From assembly GCA_004022145.1 (NCBI GenBank), contig RCNU01000003.1: a stretch of 64,000 nt of DNA; one strand, written 5' to 3'. The notes under the pieces are model-generated. The model was given only the letters and a program-made list of their open reading frames with translations. It searched no databases and was not told the origin of the DNA. Of this stretch, positions 12,100-23,501 are shown piece by piece. Numbering within the stretch: the stretch's first letter is position 1; each line of letters begins with the position of its first letter. A program made the position numbers and the translations under genes. The DNA is from Paecilomyces variotii (taxonomy: Eukaryota).

Positions 12100-12666
12100 T
12101 TATTTGCTCTTTGCGGGGCCTGGGTCTTCAACCTGCTTGAACATCTCTTTGACTGCTTCCTCAAACTTTTGTTTTGCTTTCTCATTCTTAGACTGCTCTT
12201 GGTATTTTTTAGCTGCTTCGGCGAAAAAAGTAAGTTATTGTAATATTTTCAGATCTGAGCTTAGCCCGACAGTTGCCTATTCTGCTTGCTTATTGTTGGA
12301 TTAACGTCTTTCTGTTATTATAGCTATAAGTAGCTCTATATCAATGCGGGAACCTTTTCTGGCTAGAATGAGCGTATATTGCCAAAGACTGGTCGAACTC
12401 TCTCTATTTTGTTTCGCTCTCATATGCGGACAAAGTGAGCGGGAAATCTGGTTAGAGCATTTCCGTTTCTGAGTTAGGTAGTCAATGAGGTTTAGTGAGG
12501 ATAAAACCAAATATTGACCCTGTTGCACCAGGGCGAAGGGTGGATAGCGGGACCATTTCGAAGCATCCTCAGTGAAGCAAATAGGTTTGAGAGAACAGAA
12601 CCAGATGGTCACGAGTGCGACTGACGTGTCTAGGCAGGGGCACCAAGGGTCCAAATGCAGCTTCAT
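12100..12666 (-). pseudogene. Degraded small ORF convergent with the APH pseudogene (unknown product)
   Basis: ORF 12301-12666 continues in frame through TAA/TAG/TAA (each one C>T from a Gln codon) into LTFFAEAAKKYQEQSKNEKAKQKFEEAVKEMFKQVEDPGPAKSK*. The 5' end and introns are uncertain. Confidence 0.45.
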
Positions 12667-12840
12667 ACGCAGTAACTTGATATATGATTACGTGAGCTAT
12701 CTAGTCTCAATTTCCCCTCCCCTCCTGGGTATATAGGCAGTATATGCTAGGTATATTTTTGTATATAATACAGCACTAATCAGGTCGGGCGGGTGATTAG
12801 GTCAGTAGGAAATTACGTTACTGCTAACTAGTTACTAGTT

Positions 12841-12865
12841 ACTACTACTACTACTACTACTACTA
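12841..12865. repeat. (CTA)n microsatellite at the right edge of the AT-rich island
   Basis: actactactactactactactacta. Confidence 0.9.
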
Positions 12866-13349
12866 ACGAAGCAATTAGCTACTACAGCTCAATATTTTAC
12901 GTGTTATTGTTGAGACTACAATATTACAGACAAATAGAGAACAGAAACATCATCATAATTCCAGCAGGAAGTTTGGCTAAGAATATACAGTACCATGATT
13001 CAGCTGGACCACAGGAAGTGCAGTCACCCAACGCCAGGTTGTTGTACACCATACTCTCTATACAAAAACCCTCAAAAAAGGAAAAGATTGAACACAAAGC
13101 AACAGAACAAACCCCCCAGCATGCTGTGACTTGCCAGCATGGAGACATGACAAGTCTGTAAGAAATTTCCCTGCGACGCCTCATATGCTGGTATCTTCAA
13201 TATCCTCGTACATGTGCGTAGTCCCAAACGGGCGTCTTTTTCTCGAAGTTCTTTTTTACCAATGAAAAAGGGCAAAGAAAGGAAAAGAAAAAGAAAGTAA
13301 AGCGAAGAAAACATCGCTGCTTCAATGCATAGACTGATCTCGTGTTCTT

Positions 13350-14507
13350 TCAGTCCTTTGAGCTGCTTGCTTCCTTCTTGACCTTTTTGTCGGAAGCTTT
13401 AGACTCAGAATCCATAGCAGCTGCCGTGTCTGGGGTAGTGCCATTTCTGAGTTTGCTGGCAGGTGGAGGCTTTTTACCTGCCATCTTCTTGGGAGTAGGA
13501 TTCGGCTTCTTCTTTTTCGTGACGGCCGAGATAAGATCATCTTCTCTCGGTCGTTTCGGCGGAGCTGGATTGGGAGTACTGGCACCGCTGTCCTGGGGAG
13601 TCCTGGTTCGACCTCCGCCTCTGCCAGAATAACCCATGCATCGATCCATGTGCTGTGAAGTTCTGGTGGCAATGAAATAGCGAGGGCAGTGCGGGCACTT
13701 GACGGTGGGAATCTCCCTCGCCTGTGGTATTTCCGTGAAAGAGCCAAAGCCGTCTGGGGTGGAGGGTGGACTCGAAGCAGGGGTATCGGCATTCTTCTTT
13801 TTCTTGGCGTTGGTCTTGTCTGTAGCGAAAGGATAACCGTGAATATCGATTCCAGGCCTGTTAACCGGTGGCATCCTCTTGCAGTACTCTCGGAAGGGGT
13901 CAGGCGGAGGACGAGCACCAACTCCTATCGTAGGGTAGAGAAGGCGTGGCAAACGGCAATCAGGGCAGATGATTTCCTTGGTGGTCTTGAGCGGATTGCC
14001 CTTCAGATAGACTTTTCCATTATCGTATATCGCAGCATCTGTTTCGATTCTGATATTCTCGTCTGAATTGTTTTCAGAGTCTGCGTCTCCGGGCTTTGTC
14101 GCGCCATTCGTCTTGGTCCCGTTCTCTTGCCGAAGTCGAGCGGCTTCGTCTTCGGCTTTCTGCCGCGCAACAGTGACGGCTGATCGCATGCGAGCCATCT
14201 TCTCGTCACGATGGACTTGCGCAACCATGTCATAAATGATGTTGTAGAATGTGTCATTAAGAATATCACTCGTCTGGGACAGTTAGAACCGTTCCACCCC
14301 ATATTCCCAGCTTGCCATTCTTCGCAGGATTGAATCCGGAGTGCTTACCAGCTTCGCAATGGTGCCTGCAGGCAAAGGCTTCCCATCCTCTCCGGCCATC
14401 TTCGCGAGTTCTGGCCCAGCCATCTCCGAAGAATTACTCGAAACTGAAGAAACCTCACTGTCAGATAACATGCTATCGAGCGATTGCAGGAATTTCTGGT
14501 GATCCAT
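13350..14507 (-). CDS. SGF11: SAGA deubiquitination module subunit Sgf11 (intron 14274-14348; start may be 14423)
   Basis: Spliced TIAKL|TSDILNDTFYNIIYDMVAQVHRDEKMARMRS. Sgf11-type zinc finger CPHCPRYFIATRTSQHMDRCMGYSGR. Confidence 0.85.
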
Positions 14508-15548
14508 TGTGTTCTTTTGACCAGCAAGAAGAACCAAATGACCGGCAGGAGAGCGTAGATATTGGGATGATGCGAAGAGATAGGGAGGTAGAGTATCACG
14601 ATGGGCATTCTAAGCAGAGAGGCACAGAAGAGGTATAATATATTGCAAAATATACAGTGGCAGGGGAACACTCCATATTGGATGAATGAATGCGAATGCC
14701 CATCAATAGGTAGTGAATGATCAATAACTCCTACTCACCTGCTTGAGGAACAAAGCAGAGACTTCACCCACCACTGTATTGCGCCGTGCTCAAATCAGCG
14801 CAACAAGAATGCGTCTCCACCGCAATAATAACACCTTCACCACTCCCTTTTTATCTGTTCCTTGGGACAATGCTAATCCTCCATGTGTTGCGATATCTGA
14901 TTGATGTTAGGGGCTGCCTCGACGGTTGCAGCTGATTGCCATTCACAGCTAGCCTCGACGCAGCTCGAAGGCCAATGGATACGACGGGATACGGAAAAGA
15001 CTGTAGGCGTATTCGCGACTCGGTGGCAGATCGGACATAGGTCACTCTTGAGCGAGTATCGCGAATGAGGGCCGGAGTTGTATTCACAGCTGCCAAAACC
15101 GTCCGCTAAAGGCCGGTGGCTGCGGCGACAGGCACAGGGGTTAGTAAGTAAACAGCCAGGAACAAGTTTCGGCGGTAACGAGGACAGCTCACCAGAATTC
15201 CAAGCTGTATCTACCCAACAAAAGTCGACACCACCGATCCTCCAGCGTTGGACGCGATGTCAGGATCAGCCCGATGCGGAGAGAGGATGAGGATGGGCTC
15301 TCTAAAGTCCGCGCTCTTTGCTTTCTCCGGGGCTCCGACCTTCTCAGTTTGCTTCCCGATCTTATCTTATCCATCTCCGCATCGGCACTTCTGCTTGCGT
15401 CGATGCCTGACGCCTCGCAACACCCCTCATTCCATCGCCAACATCACAACTTCATTCACTCTTTTGCGCGAACTGATGGACTAAGCCCCCCTCATATACC
15501 GACCAGGATCATTGAGAGGACTACCCTCTCTCTCTACTCGCGAGCGCC

Positions 15549-16670
15549 ATGGCCTATCAATTCTTCAGATCGCAACAGCAGCCCAAGACGCCAACATCAC
15601 CTCCTCAGGTACCATCGAGCAGCCTCAATTCCTCGAGAAACACGAAGCCTCCGATACATCCACCTCCTGTCATCTTGCCAGGGTCGTCGTCTTCCTCTTC
15701 CACACCACCAACAACCGTGGACACCGCGTTTCGACCTGCTCCATATCCGCAGCCCATTGAGCCAGGCTATCCTACCCCGCATCCTCATATCACCATCGAC
15801 CCGGTCCGCACAGCTCATATACCTTCCCTGAGCCGTATTACAGGCTTGCTTCTGCCTATCCGGTATCCCAGCTCGTTCTATACCGCGACAATCACCGACC
15901 CGGTTATCGCGTCATTATCTCGCGTCGCGGTCTACCATGGTCACCCAGTGGCTGCTGCCCCCGAACGAGCATCGATTACTGGCCGCGATGACACAGCTTC
16001 TGGAACAGGAACAGATAAAGTCATAGGGGGGATAAGATGTCGTCTTGAGCGACAAGTCCAACAGACAACCGGGTCAGATGAGAAAAAGTGGAATGACCCA
16101 CGAGAGCCGACGAATCTCTATATCCAAACTCTCCATCTTCTTTCTCCGCACCGCGGACATGGGGTAGCAGCGTCTCTACTAAATTCTCTACTCTTTTCCA
16201 CGCCACCTTCATCTGGAGTGAGGCCTCCCTATCGCGTCTCTGGCCTCGTAAAACACTACAACATACGCAGCGTCACAGCACACGTACACGAAGCGAATGA
16301 TGAGGGATTGCACTGGTACGCTGCGCGGGGCTTCAAGGTCGAGGATGGGGTTGTAGAAGGGTACTATCGGAGACTCAATCCCACTGGTGCTAGAATCGTA
16401 AGATTAGAACTAGACTGGGAAGACGACGACTATATCCAGACGAAGGAGGAGGGAAGAAACGAGTCTACAACTTCCTCATCCGCCCAACAAGAAGTCGATG
16501 CGGGAGAGAAAGAACGGGACGACGGCGACGATGACTGGGAAAAGGTCGAAGCTGAGGATGGTGATGACCAAGAAGACCACGGGATAGAGAACTTCGGTGA
16601 CAGTCACATTTTGGATCCTGAAGAGCTTCCCAACCGGAAACGGAAAGCAGATTCCGAGCTTCATGCATGA
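15549..16670 (+). CDS. GNAT family N-acetyltransferase (Naa50/Nat5-like)
   Basis: LLLPIRYPSSFY, LYIQTLHLLSPHRGHGVA (acetyl-CoA motif A), VTAHVHEANDEGLHWYAARGFKV, EGYYRRL; acidic tail. Confidence 0.85.
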   Translation: MAYQFFRSQQQPKTPTSPPQVPSSSLNSSRNTKPPIHPPPVILPGSSSSSSTPPTTVDTAFRPAPYPQPIEPGYPTPHPHITIDPVRTAHIPSLSRITGLLLPIRYPSSFYTATITDPVIASLSRVAVYHGHPVAAAPERASITGRDDTASGTGTDKVIGGIRCRLERQVQQTTGSDEKKWNDPREPTNLYIQTLHLLSPHRGHGVAASLLNSLLFSTPPSSGVRPPYRVSGLVKHYNIRSVTAHVHEANDEGLHWYAARGFKVEDGVVEGYYRRLNPTGARIVRLELDWEDDDYIQTKEEGRNESTTSSSAQQEVDAGEKERDDGDDDWEKVEAEDGDDQEDHGIENFGDSHILDPEELPNRKRKADSELHA

Positions 16671-17213
16671 ACACTTTTGACGTATTATGTTTTCTTCTTT
16701 TCTTTTTCTTTTCCTTTTGTTCGACATGCATACGATACCCACGCTTGTACGAGCATCATCCATATCAGGTAATGGCTGCTGGTTAGAGTATTCAGCCCTT
16801 CTGGCTACGGATTTTTTTTTTCATTATAATAATATTCTTAGACTTTTTTGTTCAGGTCACTATCATAGAATAGAAATCTTATAGCCTGGGAGCCATTGTT
16901 GTATATCTAGATGCATGACAAAAAGAGGATTACTATACCATTGAGCCCAAATGCAGGATATGTAGAAAGTATCTGGAAATTGAATTTCACGGGTATCCTA
17001 AAAACAGAAGCTGACAAAAGAGATCCACATGCAAAACCCCCGGCGAAAAAGAAATGACAATAGATGAAATATGTACAAACACCATAACTATACCAGTATG
17101 TGCACGTTGGTATGGTTCCTTTCCCACGGTTCTGAGACCGTCAACGACTCTAGACTCCAAACCGCGACCCCCATTGTACTGTACACTAATCTTGAGAATC
17201 CATATTTTCTTAT

Positions 17214-19610
17214 TCATAGGGCATAATTCTCAGCATGAAGGAAAATCTCGTCCTTCGAGGCATCTGTCAGGACCAGTCGCTGCAGTCCCGCCACAGTCCT
17301 GGCAACTTCGACTCTCATACCCGGAGGCCCACATACGAAAACGCACGTGCGGCGACCGAATGTTTTAGACATCTCTTTAAGCATAGACGTAATATTCGGT
17401 CTCCCATATTCAGTCCGCCAGCCGTCTTTCTTTTGAGTGGGGAGAAAGGCGAACCGCGGCATGGCAGTCAGAGAAGACGTCGGAGAGGGGAAGCCGAAGT
17501 TGAAGGAGTTGTTATAGTTATTATACTCTGGCTGGGCCGACATTCCTGGATCTCCATAGGAACAAAATGACTGAGCTGAAAGTCGTGGATCCGCATAGTT
17601 ATAAGGTGATTGGGCTGCGAGTCGCGGGTCCCCGTAGGAATGGTGAGGATGGTAATAGTTCGCAGGTCCAGCGGGCTGTGGGATGTATGCCTGCGGAAGA
17701 GAAGTGATAGCGTCCTCATTCTCCCGACGCAGCTCCTTTTCTCTTTCGGGGTCACCGGCTGCCTCTTCTCGAATCAAGGCGGAGTTGCGTTTCTCCCAAG
17801 TCTCTTGCAAGGCCTCATTGACGGTGTAGTTAAGAATATCATTATGGGCTTGGAAATGGGTCCCAAAAGCCGGCACATCTTGTCGGTCACCGGTAAGAAA
17901 GAACTGACAGTGAACGGAGTTTGGAGGCGCAAACTCTCTGCAAATTCGCAATTCCTCTTTGAACCATTCCATGATCTCTGTGCTTTTCATGGACCAGACA
18001 ATTCGCACTGATTTCGTCACAGCCTTTCCATCTCTCATTTTCTTGATCAAGTCGAGCAATTGACTAGCGATGGCTGTTATTCCGCTGCCTCCAGCGAAAA
18101 AGACAACGCCGTCAAAAGCTGCCATGTCACGTTGCATACCTCCATATGGGCCGTCTAAGAATGCCCTGTAGGTTTTATACGGACCTTTTCTTATCGCTGT
18201 TTCAAGGACTTTGCGGGTGAAACCCCCGAAGGGCCGAAACACGAGTGTCATATCCCGGTATTCTTCTCCGTAGCTTGATGGGAAATGGTCCGAATATAAA
18301 GATGAAATAGTAAACGGATGATTCTCAAACATGGAGATTCCAGGCATACGTAAATAGACGTACTGGCCTGGCCGCCATTTCATTTGTGTGGGAATAGTGA
18401 CCTTGACAGCATTTTCCGGGAGGATCGTCACAGCTGATTCCTCTCCGATTAGCCAAGACCACCGGAGAGGGCGCATCCAGTTGAGGTAGAATAAGCGAAT
18501 AAGACATGTCAAAAGCCAGATTGCCACTGTGGCCCAGAGATAGTTCCAGGACGTGAGAAACCCCTTAGAGTGCCAGAAAAGCATCGCCACGAATATAATC
18601 GAAACTGGTAGGTGTAAAAAGACGAAAAGTTCGTACATCCATGCGCGCAAGACTGGTAGTGAGTGGATGCAAAGGAACGCTAGAGGTACGAATGCTGCGA
18701 TTCCGGTGCCGTATATATACATGTTTGTCGGAAAGTATGGCTGAAACACCGGGAGAGCTCCATCCGTCCAGATAGGCGTGATGTAGAACGGAATCATGTG
18801 AACTAGGCTGAGGAAGAGACATAAGTATCCGGCCCAACGATGTAGAACATTAAGTCTTTCGTGGCCAATGCCAGTGAGCATAGTGATCAGATTGGCCTTG
18901 GTACTCAGTGCAACGATCCAAGGTATCATAGCCACCGCAATCATTCCAGCTCGAATGGCCAATGGCGGGGAACCAAATCGGATACTGGGGTAGTATAATG
19001 GTTGAGGCAAGAAGCAATATAAGGTAACGAAAGCCAGTGCGGCAAACACGATAGCCACCACGCCTAGCGATGGGAAAACAACTTCAATGTGCCAAATTCT
19101 GAGTACAGGAAGAGGCCTGTAGAAGATCCATCTCACAAACGCGATTGTGTTGTTCAGTGGAGCAATAGTGGAAACGGTCGATTGTTCTTTCTGTGTCTGC
19201 GGGAGAGGTCCACGAGCAGGGAAGAATTGTCTGGACGAGCTGTCGGTAGCACCGCTTGTGAGCTCAAAGTCGAATCCAGGAGAAATTTCATGCTGCGGGT
19301 TAATCCTCTCTTCCTTGTATAATCCCATTCGTATTTTGTCCCCCCAGACATGATATATTCGGATAACAGTGGTGATAGCGAGCAGCACTACCGAGAAATA
19401 GACCCATCCGAGAGCATATTTTCCAGATTGTGCCCACGGATCTTCTTTGCTTGCAGCGATTTGTTCCGGAGGGCTCGAAGCTGTAATTGGAACGTTGATA
19501 CGCTTGACCAGAGACGCGATCGAGTGGTACAGACTGGCCATAGCGGAGGTTTCGCCCATTTCATCGGAGAGATCTAGTACGTTGACTCCTCGGCACTTCC
19601 GTACAATCAT
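17214..19610 (-). CDS. Ferric/cupric reductase transmembrane component (FRE family); start may be 19559 or 19541
   Basis: TM helices with heme His (LNVLHRWAG..VHM; FLHL..WH), FAD-binding WRPGQYVYL/ENHPFTI, NADPH-binding LDGPYG, FFAGGSGIT, VFVCGPPGM, and C-terminal HAENY. Confidence 0.93.
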   Translation of the reverse strand: MIVRKCRGVNVLDLSDEMGETSAMASLYHSIASLVKRINVPITASSPPEQIAASKEDPWAQSGKYALGWVYFSVVLLAITTVIRIYHVWGDKIRMGLYKEERINPQHEISPGFDFELTSGATDSSSRQFFPARGPLPQTQKEQSTVSTIAPLNNTIAFVRWIFYRPLPVLRIWHIEVVFPSLGVVAIVFAALAFVTLYCFLPQPLYYPSIRFGSPPLAIRAGMIAVAMIPWIVALSTKANLITMLTGIGHERLNVLHRWAGYLCLFLSLVHMIPFYITPIWTDGALPVFQPYFPTNMYIYGTGIAAFVPLAFLCIHSLPVLRAWMYELFVFLHLPVSIIFVAMLFWHSKGFLTSWNYLWATVAIWLLTCLIRLFYLNWMRPLRWSWLIGEESAVTILPENAVKVTIPTQMKWRPGQYVYLRMPGISMFENHPFTISSLYSDHFPSSYGEEYRDMTLVFRPFGGFTRKVLETAIRKGPYKTYRAFLDGPYGGMQRDMAAFDGVVFFAGGSGITAIASQLLDLIKKMRDGKAVTKSVRIVWSMKSTEIMEWFKEELRICREFAPPNSVHCQFFLTGDRQDVPAFGTHFQAHNDILNYTVNEALQETWEKRNSALIREEAAGDPEREKELRRENEDAITSLPQAYIPQPAGPANYYHPHHSYGDPRLAAQSPYNYADPRLSAQSFCSYGDPGMSAQPEYNNYNNSFNFGFPSPTSSLTAMPRFAFLPTQKKDGWRTEYGRPNITSMLKEMSKTFGRRTCVFVCGPPGMRVEVARTVAGLQRLVLTDASKDEIFLHAENYAL

Positions 19611-21171
19611 AGACGGGAACGCATGTGTACCAGAGCCGATGATCTTCTGAGCTCCTGATGACGGCTCATGCCCGCATATGCTCGCGTCTGGATCTTCTAT
19701 CCTTGAGTATTGAAGCGCTCTTGAGGGCTCGACGCTTGTCCTGCTTCTCGTAAAGGAGTGAGCTGTGGCGTATGATTATTGGGTATCTTGTAGAACTGGC
19801 TAAAGTCTCCCGAGAAGGCAGAGGAAGTGCGGGAGTAATTATCGTCAAGGTATTCGGTATGCTGTTGCTCGATCCCTGTCTACAATTGTGAACAGACGAG
19901 GTAACCGAGCATCGTGAAAATACCATTCAAAAGTACGTCGAAACAAGACGGAATCGATAAGCGTCCGGGGCGGTTGGTCTAGATGTATTCGGCACCGTAC
20001 GGTATGGTGCTCTCTTCGACTATAAAGCAGAGCGCAAGACCACGAGAAGGCTGATACTATGTATGACACTCGGTACCGGAAGTCGCGCTGTCGCCAGAAT
20101 GCCTGGACAACGTGATGACCGGAACTTTGTCCGAATGCTCTGACGAGAAGAGGGTCCGTCGCAGGCTTTAGGCGAGTGTGATATCTCATCTCAGTCTAGA
20201 TCCCCCCGTAAGCAGACAAATTATCGCACAGATATTCCCTTTCTTCCCCAGAGGAGGGTGGCTCAGCATAATTAATCATCCTTTGCAGCGTGCATTGGTC
20301 CAGTCTTGCGAGTAATCCCATTCTCCCTGTGGAGTACAAGCTATTTCGCCCGCATCTATGGCACGTTCGCATCAGTTGACCTGCAGCCTTCTGCAAACCC
20401 TGTGGACGGTCAGGAATTGGGCTTCGCCTCTCAAAATCGAAAACGTCTATTCAGGACCGGGACTATCTGCAACTCTGCAATGCCCAGGAACAGAAGAACA
20501 TTGGGTTCCACGAGTGATAGGATGGCCTTTAGCGCCCACCTAAGCGGCGCGATCGAATAGAGATGGAGTATCCCCCTTGAGAAGTGACAAAGGTCCGGGC
20601 TCGAGCATTAGCGGGAGTTTAGGCCGTGATAAACTGGGGTTAAGATTTCCAAGTGGACCATGGCGTCTTTGTTCACTAAACGAACATTAGTATTCGTATT
20701 GGATACACGGAAGCTGGCAGGGCGGCCGCGATGTTAGCGAGACCATTCTGCACGGACACTTCCGCTCCTTCACTAGAGTAAGTACAGAGTACTCCATACT
20801 TCGGGGCGTTGCTCGGCCTTTCGGGTGCTCTTTATCTCTAGTTCTCTACCCTTCTATGACATGCAGCGAAAGAATATATTCAATAGTAGGCACTGTCCCG
20901 GTTAAGCTGACATTGCAGCAGCCGGATCAACGTTTCGATCTGATTGTTCAGTCCCGGTACTCCTGTAGAACTGTCAGATAACGGCGTCAGTTCCTGTAAA
21001 ACCGTACATATAGTTCGGATTTCGAGGGACTGTTATCCGAGGACTGGTATAACGCGTTCATTTGATCATGTTCCATTGTTGCAGACGGATGATAACCGTC
21101 GAAAAAAGGCGAAATCGGAGCACAGTCCATTCGCCTTATAAAATGAAGGTATCCTCCCCTCTAAGACAAGG

Positions 21172-21747
21172 CTAGGAGTTTGGATCAAGGACTCCAACCC
21201 TCTGCTTCAGATAGCTACCCTTAGCGGATCCTTTTTTCCCCCTCTGTCCAGGAGTTCGGACAGTCTTAGAATTCTTTATTGCCCCAGACCATACCTTCAG
21301 CTGTTCATTATCTAGCTTCAGTCCGAATTGTTTGATCAGGCCTAGGAGAGTGCTGTCTCGTTCAAGGTCTTTCGGCTTGATACAGAGCGCTTTCTCGAAG
21401 ATTGGTGCAAGGTCATGGGCAGCGCAGACGCGGAATTCACCGCTCTCAACTCGCTTTTTCATTCGACGTTCTAGACGTTCATTGAGAGTTTCTGAGATAA
21501 TATCACTAAGAGTTTTCTTATCCTGAACCTTTGTTGTCTTTAGTTGGTTGACCTCCTCTGGGGTGAAGTATGGTAGACAGAGGTATGAGCTGTCTATCAC
21601 GTTGTCGAGACGGGCTTGAGAGTCCTTTTCTTGAAAATTTCGAAGGTCCCAGAGGAAAACGTGTATTTTATACCATAGGAATGAATTCGAGCGCAAGTCC
21701 TCGATACTGTTATCGCTAGTTTCGTTCTCAGGAGCGTTGAGCGACAT
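21172..21747 (-). CDS. Hypothetical protein (~191 aa)
   Basis: ATG at 21747 inside a 219-codon ORF with protein-like composition (FLWYKIHVFLWDLRNF..RVCAAHDLAPIFEKAL). No family recognised. Confidence 0.65.
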   Translation of the reverse strand: MSLNAPENETSDNSIEDLRSNSFLWYKIHVFLWDLRNFQEKDSQARLDNVIDSSYLCLPYFTPEEVNQLKTTKVQDKKTLSDIISETLNERLERRMKKRVESGEFRVCAAHDLAPIFEKALCIKPKDLERDSTLLGLIKQFGLKLDNEQLKVWSGAIKNSKTVRTPGQRGKKGSAKGSYLKQRVGVLDPNS

Positions 21748-22219
21748 ATTAGCCGATGAACTGCGACTTCGCAGTTGATGGAACTCGAGAGAGAGGAAGT
21801 TAGGACTGGCAGTAACGGACCGACGCTGCAATATTGTTTCTCAAATGTATTCGAACGATTTCTCTGCGCACGTCCGTTTTTTGAAATTGATGCGATGTAT
21901 TAGGAAGAGTATTCGGCCGAGCGCCTCGGTATACTTGAGGATTTGTATGGTTCGGCGGACAGTATGAATGCCATGGTTCAGCCTCTCAGGCATCAAGCAG
22001 ACGTAATTGATATCCCATCGCTACATATTATGTGAGATTACTCACAATACAAGGACCATGCTCGTGGAGCGTCTGCGGTATAACATTTGGTGGCCAACCA
22101 TCGTCATACCTGTGTAAGAATGGTATTTATTTCCACTGATATCCTAATATTTCTCTTTGAATGAACTCCACACGAAAGAGAATATTGCAAGCGAAGAGGA
22201 GAGTGAATACCCACATAGA

Positions 22220-23086
22220 ATGCCTGCTAACATGGACCTGGAAGATGCTATTCTCAATGGCCTCCCACCAAATACAAAGCAGTATGAGTACAAGGGATTG
22301 CAGAATTTGTGGTCTCTAGTTTCCCTGGAGCAAGAGCGCTTCCGCAGGGACAAAACGGGAAAGACCAGCCAGTACATGCTGTTCACCAACATTGAAAATC
22401 AAACATTTCTTCATGACTTTGATATTTCCAAACATAAGTCAAGCTGGCAACTCCTTGATTCCTACTACCCCTTTGCCCAGGTACTTCTCGTCAGGATGCT
22501 CACATACAAGGATCATGAGAGGGCACACATGGCTCTTGTTAACCTGATGATCTTCAAGCTATCAAGCATGAATGGTGCTAATCTGGAATTGGACTGGACT
22601 GGAACAGCCGATATCGCGACACCTTCACGAACTAAGAGAGCTGACCAGGAGGTTGCTCCCCAAGAAATCCCTCCTGGTAGGTCAGATCAGTGGCCAACCC
22701 TGGTGATTGAAGCTGGCTTCTCCGAATCAAAATCGAAGCTTGAGTCGGACGGGAGATGGTGGCTAGTGGAATCACATGGCGACGTTAAAACAGCTCTGAC
22801 AATTGATGTCAATCGGAGGAGACCAGAAATTGTTATTCAGAAATGGGTTCCCATTTGCACTGGACAGAACCGCACCCGGAGCCAGATTTCACCAACTCTC
22901 CAACAGCAAGTGGTTCTTTCAAGACAGCACGATGAGCAGGAGGCCACTGTCAGCAATGGGCCCTTAGTTCTTCCATTTCAAGACCTGTTCCTTCGACCCC
23001 CGGGTAAAGCTGAAAGCGACATAGAGTTTACGGACAGTGATTTGAGGGAGCTCGCTGAGATGGTCTGGAAGAAGCAAAAATTCTGA
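22220..23086 (+). CDS. Hypothetical protein with Uma2/PD-(D/E)XK restriction-endonuclease-like fold
   Basis: HERAH..TKRADQ..WPTLVIEAGFSESKSKLESDGRWWLVESHGDVKTALTIDV..PLVLPFQDLFLRPP is typical of a widespread fungal nuclease-like family. First in-frame ATG is at 22220. Confidence 0.7.
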   Translation: MPANMDLEDAILNGLPPNTKQYEYKGLQNLWSLVSLEQERFRRDKTGKTSQYMLFTNIENQTFLHDFDISKHKSSWQLLDSYYPFAQVLLVRMLTYKDHERAHMALVNLMIFKLSSMNGANLELDWTGTADIATPSRTKRADQEVAPQEIPPGRSDQWPTLVIEAGFSESKSKLESDGRWWLVESHGDVKTALTIDVNRRRPEIVIQKWVPICTGQNRTRSQISPTLQQQVVLSRQHDEQEATVSNGPLVLPFQDLFLRPPGKAESDIEFTDSDLRELAEMVWKKQKF

Positions 23087-23501
23087 TCAAATTGATATTC
23101 TATTCATGTATCCACTTCATGTTGCGAGACATTCGTCGAGATGTGAGACCAACCGAAACTTTGCGGATATTATAAGATCACAAGCTGGGTAGGGTGACAT
23201 ATATCATAACGGACCGATTCAAATATTTCCTTGTATGATTACATCAATGTGACGGCCGAAGTATTGCATTCCTTATATATCGGGATCATCGATTGCTGCC
23301 GTGAGAGTGCTTTCGAGACCGAAAGTGGTGGCGCGAGAGCTCAAGTCTAGGTCTATACTCACCGCCTTTCGATATGAAATTATTCTGCCGCAAAATGCTC
23401 TCTGTTCTGCGACAGAGATTAGAGATCCGGATAGCTTCACGAATCCTCCCTCTATTGCTGGGAATATCACTTCTTTCAGAATAGGTCTTGAATAACCCAG
23501 C

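Noticed and set aside
19611-21171. GATAA motifs upstream of the ferric reductase as SreA sites
   Set aside because: No exact ATCWGATAA found, and the density of plain GATAA is unremarkable.
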